NCBI GenBank assembly: GCA_002269645.1
Contig: NIVC01000366.1
Coordinates: 1-64,000, forward strand
Origin: Macrostomum lignano
Lineage: Eukaryota
Direction of reading: 5' to 3'
Length of the DNA: 64,000 bases
In this document: positions 13,095-26,200 of the stretch, one piece after another
How the letters are laid out: each line of letters starts with the position of its first letter
How positions within the stretch are numbered: the first letter of the stretch is position 1
Notes under the pieces: generated by a model
Databases searched by the model: none
What the model was told of the DNA's origin: nothing
The model's input: the letters and a program-made list of their open reading frames with translations, nothing else
Translations under genes and position numbers: made by a program

Positions 13095-13800
13095 TTGATC
13101 TTCTTAGGCGCCGCCGCAACAACTCTCTTTGATCTTTTACGATGTCGCCACTACTCTCTGATCTTTTACGATACCGCCAATACTTCCTTTGATCTTCTTA
13201 GGTGCCGCCGCTACTCTCTTCGGTCTTTTACGATTCCGCCACTACTCTTTGATCTTTACAATGCGGCCGTGACTCTCTTTGATCTTTTACAGTGCCGCCG
13301 CTACTCTCTTCGGTCTTTTACGATGCCGCCACTACTCTGATCTTTTACGATGCCGCCACTACTCTGATCTTTTACGATACCGCCAATACTTCCTTTGATC
13401 TTCTTAGGTGCCGCCGCTACTCTCTTTGATCTTTACAATGCGGCCGTGACTCTCTTTGATCTTTTACAGTGCCGCCGCTACTCTCTTCGGTCTTTTACGA
13501 TGCCGCCACTACTCTCTGATCTTTTACGATACCGCCAATACTTCCTTTGATCTTCTTAGGTGCCGCCGCTACTCTCTTCGGTCTTTTACGATTCCGCCAC
13601 TACTCTTTGATCTTTACAATGCGGCCGTGACTCTCTTTGATCTTTTACAGTGCCGCCGCTACTCTCTTCGGTCTTTTACGATGCCGCCACTACTCTGATC
13701 TTTTACGATGCCGCCACTACTCTGATCTTTTACGATGCCGCCACTACTCTGATCTTTTACGATGCCGCCAATACTCTCTTTGATCTTCTTAGGTGCCTCC
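13095..13800. repeat. ~29-31 bp repeat with ~361-bp higher-order duplication
   Basis: TGATCTTTTACGATGCCGCCACTACTC units; ORF-track peptides at 13095 and 13456 are near-identical. Confidence 0.9.
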
Positions 13801-14235
13801 GCTACCCCAGAAAATTTCATAGATATTTTATTAGAGCTCTACCTTCGTCCAGTCACCTCTATTTGAAACGAAGAAAAGCGAGAAGTTTAGAAGTGCGCAA
13901 TGATTTATTTTTTAAATACTTATTCTGAACATTGATATATTTAGTGACATTTGGCATCTTTGAAGAGATTTATGAGAAAATTAATAAGAAACGTCTTTTG
14001 AGATTTTTAATAAGTAAACCTGAAAATTAAGCAAAATTAGGCAGTGAAATATCAATTCTCAGTATCATACCGGGGAACCTTACACCTTTTTTTCTCCAAT
14101 AAAATAATCTAGACATATAAAATTCTTGAACATATGGCTATGTACACTCTATGCTGGCTGTGGTAACAAACTTTAAACACAAGAAACCGTCCCTAAACTT
14201 TCTTGGTCCAGTCGGAATATGGGCTTAATTAGAGT

Positions 14236-17200
14236 TTAGCTGTCATTCTTTCGTATCGTAATCTCCGATAGCGTGCTGCTGAACAGACCCCGACGGTACC
14301 GGTCCCAGGCCATTTGTCTGTAATAGTTGTTTTCGAATACGCCCTCCTCTAGATAGGGTCTGGCCAGCTCTTTCACGTGCTTTTTCAACAGCTCGTTGGC
14401 GTGCTGTACGAAGAAGGTCTTTTGGAAGAGGAGACACTCAGAACCGTTGCTGATCTGCCAAGGGAGATGATGATGTGATGGTCGTGGCCTTAACACTCCT
14501 GGCAAAGGCTGTCTATAATATCCACAACTCTCTCTCTCTACAACAACTTAAGAATCGTCTCTAAACTACCATGAGAATCGTCTCCAAAATACATTGAGAA
14601 TCGTCTCCAAACTACATTGAGAATCGTCTGTAAACTACCCTGAAAATTGTCTCCAAACTACCCTGAGAATCGTCTCTAAATTACCCTGAAAATCGTCTCC
14701 AAACTACATTGAGAATCGTCTCTAAATTACCCTGAAAATCGTCTCCAAACTACATTGAGAATTGTCTCTAAACTACCTTTAGAATCGTCTCTAAACTACC
14801 CTGAGAATCGTCTCTAAATTACCCTGAAAATCGTCTCCAAACTACATTGAGAATCGTCTCCAAACTACCTTTAGAATCGTCTCTAAACTACCCTGAGAAT
14901 CGTCTCTAAACTACCCTGAGAATCGTCTCTAAACTACATTGAGAATCGTCTCTAAATTACCCTGAAAATCGTCTCTAAACTACCCTGAGAATCGTCTCTA
15001 AACTACCCTGAGAATCGTCTCTAAACTACCCTGAGAATCGTCTCTAAACTACATTGAGAATCGTCTCTAAACTACCCTGAGAATCGTCTCTAAACTACCC
15101 TGAGAATCGTCTCCAAACTACATTGAGAATCGTCTCTAAATTACCCTGAAAATCGTCTCCAAACTACATTGAGAATCGTCTCTAAATTACCCTGAAAATC
15201 GTCTCCAAACTACATTGAGAATCGTCTCTAAACTACCTTTAGAATCGTCTCTAAACTACCCTGAGAATCGTCTCTAAACTACCCTGAGAATCGTCTCTAA
15301 ACTACATTGAGAATCGTCTCTAAATTACCCTGAAAATCGTCTCCAAACTACATTGAGAATTGTCTCTAAACTACCTTTAGAATCGTCTCTAAACTACCCT
15401 GAGAATCGTCTCTAAACTACCCTGAGAATCGTCTCTAAACTACCCTGAGAATCGTCTCTAAACTACCCTGAGAATCGTCTCTAAACTACCCTGAGAATCG
15501 TCTCCAAACTACAATGAGAATCGCAATACTTACCAAAGATACACTGGCGCTTTCCTCAATTTCGAGATTTTTCTCTCCTTTGAAGACCACGTTGGACAGA
15601 CCCTGAAGCAGGAAAAATCTATAATATAGAGGCGATGCGATCGTACACTTGTGCAAGTGTCACGTGACGCTTACGAATGCATGTAAAAAGTCACGTGTTT
15701 TCAAATAATTTTCACCCAACTCACAAACACGTCGCCCGGCTTTAGAGTGCTAATCTGCACCGCCACAGACTTCTTGACCTGCTCCACCGGCTCCTGTTGC
15801 TTCTTTGCGATAGCGTCAAAATCTGGCGCTGTCTGCTGCCGGGTCACCTCAACCACGCGGCTGTTGTTGCCGAGAGCCGAGTTCAAAGCGAGCCGCTTCT
15901 TGCTGACGGATACATCAAACAGCTGCTGGTTGGGCGTCTGCACTTGCTGCTTCTCGGAGCCGCTAGCGGCTGTTTTCCTTAATCCGGTATTTACCTTTGG
16001 CTCTGCGAGTTTGTTGGCGTGAATCGTCTTTTAACCATATACATGTATCAATTTAGTTCATCTTGACATGGAATGTACTGTAACTTTTTTCTTGACGTCT
16101 AAGGTTTGGTACGGGTGTACCAGGGGCGTCGCCATAGATTTTATGGTGGGAGGGACAAAATCTACATGTACATGAATCATTTTGGCGCCGCAGCCACTCA
16201 TTTTAGCGCCGCGGGCACTCATTTTGGCGCCGCAGGCACTCATTTTGGCGCCGCAGGCACTCATTTTGGCGCCGCAAGCACTCATTTTGGAGCCGCAGGC
16301 ACTCATTTTGGCGCCGCAGGCACTCATTTTGGTGCTGCAGGCGCTATTTTTTGTCGCCCTGAAGCAAAATTATTGATTTCCATAACGGGCCTTGGTTTGC
16401 GTAGGTGGGTTTGGGGGGGAAAGCATCGGCATTTCCCCACCATAGCTTTACTTGGGGGACATGTACCCCTGTTCCCCGGTGGCCACCCATCTAGGGTGTA
16501 CAGTAACAAGCACTTCAACACTCATTTCGAATAGTTTATGAAACTCGTTTAGTAAAACAAATTTTGATGATCTATACGGCTTCCTATGTAGAGAATTGGC
16601 AGTGAAAAAAGCTTTGTTGCTAAGATTTGCGTTCTAAGAATCTAAACTATAATTTTGGCAGAGCATGCAGCTCCGCTGGAAAAGCGCCCGGCTCTCGGTC
16701 TAGCGACCCCTGTTTCGATTCCTTGCGCGGCCACAATCATATAATGTAGGGCTTGTGTACGAAATTTAGAAAGTCAGGGCCGCTGTGCACTTCTGTGTAA
16801 GCTTGTGATGAGTGCGTGTCGGCTTACAGTATTGGCGCGCTTGTGTGTGTTCAGAGGAGTCAGCGGAATGAGTTGTGGGACGATGTCGCCGAAGGCTCAG
16901 CGCAAGAATGCCCCCAGCCAAATTTTCAGAAATTTATATAAAAAAATTGCCGGTTAAATCAGATCTCAAAAGCCCAAGCCAGCTCACCATTCCTGCCAAT
17001 GTTGAGCTTATTCTGAAAGTCGCTCCTCTCCTTCACAACCGTCGGCTCGTCGGTGTCATTGACCTCCAATCGTTTGAGCACTTTGCACGAACCCGATTTG
17101 ACCACGACGATGTATTCGCTGGCTTTGCTGTCAGGCACCACGATGGCATTACGTCTATAGAAAGTCAGCAGGCAGGCGTTCGGCTGTTTCAAAAGCTGCT

Positions 17201-20200
17201 CCTCCGGGAAGTGGCGCATGAACTCGCAGCTGAGCAGGAATTCGATGTGCGCCGGTCGGCGGCCCGGCTGGGCGCGCATGAAAATGTCGTGAAAATCGTC
17301 TCGGCCGATGGCCAGCAGCTGCATTGGGGTCTGGCTTACTATGCTGGCCGTGCGGGTCACCTGGTGCAGCAGGGCGATCTCGCCGAACGATTGGCCCTTT
17401 TGGCGACGCCATGTTCGAAGCGATGAGATTATAGATGCAGCTTATTCTTGGCGGTGATCCCAAAAAAATACTTCGAAGTACGTCTACTTTAAGCTGATAA
17501 TCTTACGATATTTCCGAAAAGTACTTACTACTTACTGCTTACTACTTAAAAGGCTACAAGTCTCAAGACACTGCAACAACTTGATCTTTGAAGTCACTTG
17601 GCTACAAGTCTCAAGACACTTCACCGACTTGACCTTTAAAGTCACTTGGCTACAAGTCTCAAGACACTTCACCGACTTGACCTTTGAAGTCACTTGGCTA
17701 CAAGTCTCAAGACACTTGACCGACTTGACCTTTGAAGTCACTTGGCTACAAGTCTCAAGACACTTCACCGACTTGACCTTTGAAGTCACTTGGCTACAAG
17801 TCTCAAGACACTGCAACAACTTGATCTTTGAAGTCACTTGGCTACAAGTCTCAAGACACTTCACCGACTTGACCTTTGAAGTCACTTGGCTACAAGTCTC
17901 AAGACACTTCACCGACTTGACCTTTGAAGTCACTTGGCTACAAGTCTCAAGACACTTGACCGACTTGACCTTTGAAGTCACTTGGCTACAAGTCTCAAGA
18001 CACTTCACCGACTTGACCTTTGAAGTCACTTGGCTACAAGTCTCAAGACACTTCACCGACTTGACCTTTGAAGTCACTTGGCTACAAGTCTCAAGACACT
18101 TCACCGACTTGACCTTTGAAGTCACTTGGCTACAAGTCTCAAGACACTTCACCGACTTGACCTTTGAAGTCACTTGGCTACAAGTCTCAAGACACTTGAC
18201 CGACTTGACCTTTGAAGTCACTTGGCTACAAGTCTCAAGACACTGCAACAACTTGATCTTTGAAGTCACTTGGCTACAAGTCTCAAGACACTTCACCGAC
18301 TTGACCTTTGAAGTCACTTGGCTACAAGTCTCAAGACACTTCACCGACTTGACCTTTGAAGTCACTTGGCTACAAGTCTCAAGACACTTGACCGACTTGA
18401 CCTTTGAAGTCACTTGGCTACAAGTCTCAAGACACTGCAACAACTTGATCTTTGAAGTCACTTGGCTACAAGTCTCAAGACACTTCACCGACTTGACCTT
18501 TGAAGTCACTTGGCTACAAGTCTCAAGACACTTGACCGACTTGACCTTTGAAGTCACTTGGCTACAAGTCTCAAGACACTTCACCGACTTGACCTTTGAA
18601 GTCACTTGGCTACAAGTCTCAAGACACTTCACCGAATTGACCTTTGAAGTCACTTGGCTACAAGTCTCAAGACACTGTACAACAACTTGACCTTTGAAGT
18701 CACTTGGCTACAAGTCTCAAGACACTTCACCGACTTGACCTTTGAAGTCACTTGGCTACAAGTCTCAAGACACTTCACCGACTTGACCTTTGAAGTCACT
18801 TGGGTACAAGTCTCAAGACACTTCACCGACTTGACCTTTGAAGTCATGATGTAACCACGCTCTGGTCGCGGGATAGGGCATGGGAACTTTTTCGTAAGTG
18901 CCTCCTATCCCATGTACCCCCCTGCACAGAGCTGTCGAGACTCGGCCAGGTCTCCGACCAGGCCTGGAGACTCCCGCTCTGCTGCACCCTCCTGCTGCCT
19001 TGGTTCCGTCTCCCCTGCCGCCACACCTGCCTTTCCGGAGCTCCCTATCCCTCTCTGTACCTCCCCCCTCCACCCTATCTCTTCTGTTTTCCGCCCTAGT
19101 CTTCTTGTACTCTTCCTGTCCCCTCTCTTTTTGTCTCTCTCTGCACTTTTTTCCTGCGCTATCCCCCTTTTTTGCGTCTACTTACAGTATTTTGTGTGCT
19201 CACCGTCTCCCCATCCCTTCTCAAACTCCCAACGGTGACGCAAGTCGTGTGACCCCTTCTTTCCCTCGATGACTCATCGATGACTCATCTCCCTCTCTTG
19301 CGCAACCTTTTCTCACGCCATTGTTCTCCTCCCCAAATTTCTCATGCGACACCCACCCCACCTCCGCTTCTATTGTTCTCGTTTTTGATTCTTTTGTTCT
19401 CTTTACCCCCACCAATTATCACATTTTCTCCGATTTTCTCTTTCTTTTGTTCTCGTTTTCGCACCTAATTATCACCTTTTCTCCAATGTTTGCTTTTCTA
19501 TTGTTCTCGATTCTCCCCAATTATCCCCGATTTCCAATTCCTTTGTTCTCGACCCCAGCCCTATTGTTCTCAATGTTTGCTTGCGCAACACTTTCGCGAC
19601 CACCCGCTGCGCCAATTATCCCCCCACCCCACCTCCGGATTGCGCAATTTCCCTTTTTCTCATGTTGCTATGCCGGTCTCATGTTTCTCATCATGACTCA
19701 TTCTGACGTCATTCGGCCGGCAGCCAATCAGAGAGAGGGAGTCATGGAAACGACCTTGGAGCGGCGGCTGGGAAGGCTATAAAAGGAGGCGGTTTTCGGC
19801 GTGAGAAGACACAACTTTTGCCCACCTTCGGGCTCCTAGTCTTTCTTTAGACTTGCCGTCAGACTGAGTTCTGACCCATTCGTCTATAAGACGAATCCCT
19901 GCCGGTCCGCGGTCTGATGCCGCCAAGTTATCTTCAGCTCCCCAAGTGAGCTCGCCTATTGGCCAGCGGTCTGACACCGCCCAGCATCATCAGCTTCGCC
20001 TGATCTACACCAGCGCCTCGTCGCTTCAGCGCATCGCCGCTTCACTGTCCGCCTGACTGCAGCCTACAGCCGCCCTCGGTCACTCCGCCTCTCTCTCTCT
20101 CTCTCTGTGCAGCTGCCGGTAAGTTCCTGTTACTGATATGTGCTCTAATTGCCTTTGCTTATCCGGAGTTTGCCTATTTTTCCATTGTCTGATTAGAGAG

Positions 20201-23200
20201 CTGAGCCAGTTGTGATACCGTACCTTTTGCTGTATTTTTACTCAATAGTGAAGCCGCCTAATTGCCTGATTATTTGCCTAAGGGCCTAATTATTAACTAT
20301 TAACTAACCTCATCATTATTCACTCTTTCACCATCATTTCACTCATGGCTTGCTAAGCTTTTCTCCCGGGGTGGCAAAGCATAGGGAAGTTTGGGTAAGC
20401 TAATGGCCTCTCCCCGTGCAAAGCTCGCCTGTGAGTGCGTGCTGCGGGGCCGTGTGTGCGTGCAGTAGAGGGATTAGCGAGTCTTGGCACAGAATGGCAG
20501 TAGGAAGGTTGCAACCCCATGCTGACGCGTCCCTTCGCCCTGAGCAATCTAAACTAGAGACAGTACATGTTCGCCTCATACTACTCTTAGTAATCAAAGT
20601 CGCAAGTCAGCCTCGCTCACAGCCACAAAGGATCCCCTGCTGAGAAATCCTCCAGGATTGAGCCCAGAGTTCCCGATCATGCCCCAAGCAGAGTCCCTGT
20701 ACTCGGCTGCATGTGTCTCCCCTGTTAGCCTAAATCTCCTGGTAACCATCCCAGGCGGGGCTCTAGCCTCGAGAGGTCTGGTAGAAAGATCCAGGTGCGC
20801 CAGGTCACATAGAGTGGTGGCAGCCACTCGGTCATACTATGACCGAGTGACCAACTATTGCACCTTGGCTACAGGTGGGGTCCATGTGGGTCCTTGGCCC
20901 TCTGGTCACAAAGCGCTACCAAAGCTATCAATCATGTGGGCGGGACAGTCTGGTGCTGGAGGTCCGTCAGGTCATTGCCCGGTCATAGGCAGCCTACGGT
21001 CATTGCCCCCTCTAGCCAAGCGTTCGTCTCTCAATAGGAGCGGACCGGCGACAAGGGCGGTTACATCAGTCACTTGGCTACAAGTCTCAAGACACTTCAC
21101 CGACTTGACCTTTGAAGTCACTTGGCTACAAGTCTGAAGACACTGCAACAACTTGATCTTTGAAGTCACTTGGCTACAAGTTTCAAGACACTTCACCGAC
21201 TTGACCTTTGAAGTCACTTGGCTACAAGTCTCAAGACACTTCACCGACTTGACCTTTGAAGTCACTTGGCTACAAGTCTCAACACACTGCAACAACTTGA
21301 TCTTTGAAGTCACTTGGCTACAAGTCTCAAGACACTGCAACAACTTGATCTTTGAAGTCACTTGGCTACAAGTCTCAAGACACTGCAACAACTTGATCTT
21401 TGATGTCACTTGGCTACAAGTCTCAAGACACTGCAACAACTTGATCTTGAAAGTCACTTGGCTACAAGTCTCAACACACTGCAACAACTTGATCTTTGAA
21501 GTCACTTGGCTACAAGTCTGAAGACACTGCAACAACTTGATCTTTGAAGTCACTTGGCTACAAGTCTCAACACACTGCAACAACTTGATCTTTGAAGTCA
21601 CTTGGCTAAAAGTCTCAACACACTGCAACAACTTGATCTTTGAAGTCACTTGGCTACAAGTCTCAAGACACTGCAACAACTTGATCTTTGAAGTCACTTG
21701 GCTACAAGTCTCAAGACACTGCAACAACTTGATCTTTGAAGTCACTTGGCTACAAGTCTCAAGACACTGCAACAACTTGATCTTTGAAGTCACTTGGCTA
21801 CAAGTTTCAAGACACTTCACCGACTTGACCTTTAAAATGACGACAGCTTGCTCAAGACGTACACTTTACACTTTAGACGGACATTTGGACCTTTAAAGTC
21901 AACAATTTCTTCTTTCAGTATTATGTTCTCCAACGCTCAATGCATACGCAAATACACAACTCGAAGTTACTCACCTGTCCAAGCCGTGCTACAATACTCG
22001 ACCGAGTCTCGCCGCTTTCGCGGTCCTCCTTCATCACGTTGACCAGCGCTTTGCCGCTGATGATGATGTAAAAGTTGATGCCGGTGTGGCCCTGACGAAT
22101 AATGAGACGCCCAGCTGGCACAGAGTAGTAGAAGGCCACACGAGACAGCTTCTCCTGAATGCTCAACGGGTACTCATTGAATGTTGGCAGATTCTGCAGG
22201 CCGTACATCAGCGTCTGCACCTGCTCGTCGCTTCGATCCTGCGGTTCCATCCGCAGGATGTACTTCATCTCGCCTGTTAGATCGATCTGTAATTTAGTAA
22301 TAAATAATAATTGCAGGAGGGCTACGCGGCACCCTGGTGCATGCCTTCGGCGACATCGTCACACAAACAGCGCTGACGGAAATTCTATCAAATCCGCTGA
22401 CTCATAAGCACATAATAATAGCAATAATATTAATAATGGTTATTACTTGTATTACTAGTAGTATTATTACTATTGATATTGTTTACACCTGACCTAATAA
22501 GCACAGATGTGCAACCGACAGCTCAGCCGCAGCTATTGCGCGGCGCATCTGAAGGCTGCGTACGGCTGCTCAGTCCAAAGGACTGGGGGGTCGCCACACA
22601 CGCCCTCAATTACCCCAGCTAATGTTGGCACCCATTTTACAGCTGGGTGAACTCAAGCAATGCAGAGTTAAGTGTTTTGCTCAAGGACACAAATTTTTCT
22701 GAGTGGGTCGAGAATCAAACCCCCGACCTTTCAGTCGTGAGTTCGACGCTCTGACCACTAGGCTACAACCTCCACACACACATGAGCACATGCAAGCAAG
22801 CTAATACTGTACGCAGGCACACACTCGTACACACGCTTTACAGAGGCTGTACAGCAGCCCCGCAGCCCCGACTTTCTACATTAATCCTGTCAGGCACTTG
22901 ATAGCTATATACAGTGGTCCTTGCTTTAACATGCGACCAAATTTCTAAAACACCTACTGCGATTAATATAGTAAATCAGGTTCTTGTCAGGTCGGAATTC
23001 TGCGAACGGTGCGACCTTGAACTGTGCCTCTGTTTGAGTCAGTACTACCTATTCAAAGCACCTAGGCTAGCTCTCTATCTCTACGTCAGGATGAGACCGG
23101 ATATCCGCGTGAACTAACTGCACTGACTTGTATTGAAAAATCTTCTCTGTACAGTTCACCGTATGCACGCATTGTCTGTGCCGTCAAAGGACATTAACTT

Positions 23201-26200
23201 CCGGCAGGTACTGCATGCGGTATGGTCTACGTTTTTTGCCCTCTTTTCATCTCTCGTTTCCGGGTTCAGGTAGTCCAAACTGGACGCTTTCAAAAGTCAA
23301 TAGTCTGATGCTATAATTCACGAGCAATTTTCGAACCTCTTTCTTAGCCCGAAAGTAGGACAAATCGAAACTCAATCCGGAATCGTCCGTCTCGAAGCCT
23401 TTCAGCGTGTCGGCTACGCGGATATTCTCGTCCTCTTTGTAGTCGGTTCTGGAATGATTACAGGTAAGTTAATTAATCTGCTAATTTTCAATCGCGAACA
23501 GGTTTCAGTCAATCCCATTCGCTTTAGGAATGCCGGAAATACACGTAATTGGCACTAATGCGAGTCAAGAAATGCGAAAGACGGTGTTTTAAAACAAAAA
23601 ATTGTTAAAATGAAGCTCTGAAATTAGGCTTAGGTGACACCAAAATTTGGAGTCAGGAGACACTGAAAAGTGGAGTCAGAAGATAGCTAAAAAGTGGGTC
23701 AGGAGAGATCCATAAAGTGGGTCAGGAGACACCCATAAAGTGGGTCAGAAGATACCTAAAAGTGGAGTCAGGAAACACCTAAAAAGTGGAGTCTGGAGTT
23801 AGCTAAAAAGTGGGTCAGGAGAGATCCATAAAGTGGGTCAGGAGACACCCATAAAGTGGGTCAGGAGACACCCATAAAGTGGGTCAGGAGACATTCATAA
23901 AGTGGGTCAGGAGACAAAATAATGTATGTCATAAGCCACCCAGACAATATTACGAGTATTCCTCAATAGTGCTCACCTTTTGAGCACAGCGTGAATCCAG
24001 TTGATCATTACGATGACAATTCTTGACATTTTCTTGAACCGGGCCAGGGCCTGTGAACGAAGTCAGGTTGAAGTCTTGAAAACTTCTGACTATGGCCCTC
24101 ATTTTAGCAAGCGATGAACGGCTGTGCCAGCTGAATAATTGATTAAATCGCCTCATTTTCTGCTCAATTGCGAGCAGGGTTTGCCTTCATTATCTATAAA
24201 AACTGCCTTAGACTTTTAATTTCAACTGAAGTCTACAAAATACATAAAATCTGTGGATAAACTACTGAATAAAGAGCTTTTGACGATTACTTATTCATAA
24301 GCCGGGGTAATTTAGATAAGTCAACGAATCCATGGCAACTAACTCATGATGGAGAACAACTAAGGATAGAAGGTAGATATTTTCCGGATCCGAGCTTGAA
24401 GATCAAGGATTGGACAGAGGTAATAATGAAAATTATGGAGTAGAGACATAGGTAAAGAGATCTATGAGAAGAGAGTAGAGAACTAGGAGGGGAGAGTAGA
24501 GAACTAGTGAATGAAGACGCTGTCGTCTTCAAAGGTGGGACGATGGGTATATATTGTGTCCATTATTGTTTATGGCTATGACATCTATTTATTTAACCTA
24601 AATTGAGAGCTAAAAAGCCCCCCACGCCCCTGGCATTAGTTAGTCTAGTGGTATAGTGGGGGACTGGCCGCCCCCCACGCCCCTGGCATTAGTTAGTCTA
24701 GTGGTATAGTGGGGGACTGGCCGCCCCCACGCCCCTGGCATTAGTTAGTCTAGTGGTATAGTGGGGGACTGGCCGCCCCCCACGCCCCTGGCATTAGTTA
24801 GTCTAGTGGTATAGTGGGGGGCTGGCCGCCCCCCACGCCCCTGGCATTAGTTAGTCTAGTGGTATAGTGGTAGTGGGGGGCTAGCCGCCCCCCACGCCCC
24901 TGGCCTTAGTTAGTCTAGTGGTATAGTGGTATAGTGGGGGGCTGGCCGCCCCCCACGCCCCTGGCATTAGTTAGTCTAAGTGGTATAGTGGGGGCTGGCC
25001 GCCCCCCACGCCCCTGGCATTAGTTAGTCTAGTGGTATAGTGGTATAGTGGGGGGCTAGCCGCCCCCACGCCCCTGGCATTAGTTAGTCTAGTGGTATAG
25101 TGGGGGGCTGGCCGCCCCCCACGCCCCTGGCATTAGTTAGTCTAGTGGTATAGTGGGGGGCTGGCCGCCCCCCATGCCCCTGGCATTAGTTAGTCTAAGT
25201 GGTATAGTGGGGGGCTGGCCGCCCCCCACGCCCCTGGCATTAGTTAGTCTAGTGGTATAGTGGTATAGTGGGGGGCTAGCCGCCCCCACGCCCCTGGCAT
25301 TAGTTAGTCTAGTGGTATAGTGGGGGGCTGGCCGCCCCCCACGCCCCTGGCATTAGTTAGTCTAGTGGTATAGTGGGGGGCTGGCCGCCCCGCACGCCCC
25401 TGGCATTAGTTAGTCTAAGTGGTATAGTGGGGGGCTGGCCGCCCCCACGCCCCTGGCATTAGTTAGTCTAGTGGTATAGTGGTATAGTGGGGGCTAGCCG
25501 CCCCCACGCCCCTGGCATTAGTTAGTCTAGTGGTATAGTAGGGGGCTGGCCGCCCCCACGCCCCTGGCATTAGTTAGTCTAGTGGTATAGTGGGGGGCTG
25601 GCCGCCCCCCACGCCCCTGGCATTAGTTAGTCTAGTGGTATAGTAGGGGGCTCGCCGCCCCCACGCCCCTGGCATTAGTTATTCTAGTGGTATAGTGGGG
25701 GCTGGCCGCCCCCCACGCCCTGGCATTTATTAGTCTAGTGGTATAGTGGGGGCTCGCCGCACCCCACGCCCCTGGCATTAGTTAGTCTAGTAGTATAGTG
25801 GGGGCTAGCCGCCCCCCACGCCCCTGGCATTAGTTAGTCTAGTGGTATAGTGGGGGGCTGGCCGCCCCCACGCCCCTGGCATTAGTTAGTCTAGTGGTAT
25901 AGTGGGGGCTGGCCGCCCCCATGCCCCTGGCATTAGTTAGTCTAAGTGGTATAGTGGGGGCTGGCCGCCCCCCACGCCCCTGGCATTAGTTAGTCTAGTG
26001 GTATAGTGGTATAGTGGGGGGCTAGCCGCCCCCCACGCCCCTGCTTAGTTAGTCTAGTGGTATAGTGGGGGGCTGGCCGCCCCCCACGCCCCTGGCATTA
26101 GTTAGTCTAGTGGTATAGTGGGGGGCTGGCCGCCCCGCACGCCCCTGGCATTAGTTAGTCTAAGTGGTATAGTGGGGGGCTGGCCGCCCCCCACGCCCCT

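Noticed and set aside
17532-18690. 373-aa and 369-aa ORFs on opposite strands (also 20972-21896)
   Set aside because: Products of a 48-bp (16-codon) stop-free tandem repeat inside an intron; no homology or splice context
23950-24193. ORF-track frame MRRFNQLF... as a CNBD exon
   Set aside because: Phase is incompatible with the next exon; the alternative frame ALARFKKMSRIV from the 24050 acceptor fits both phase and family pattern
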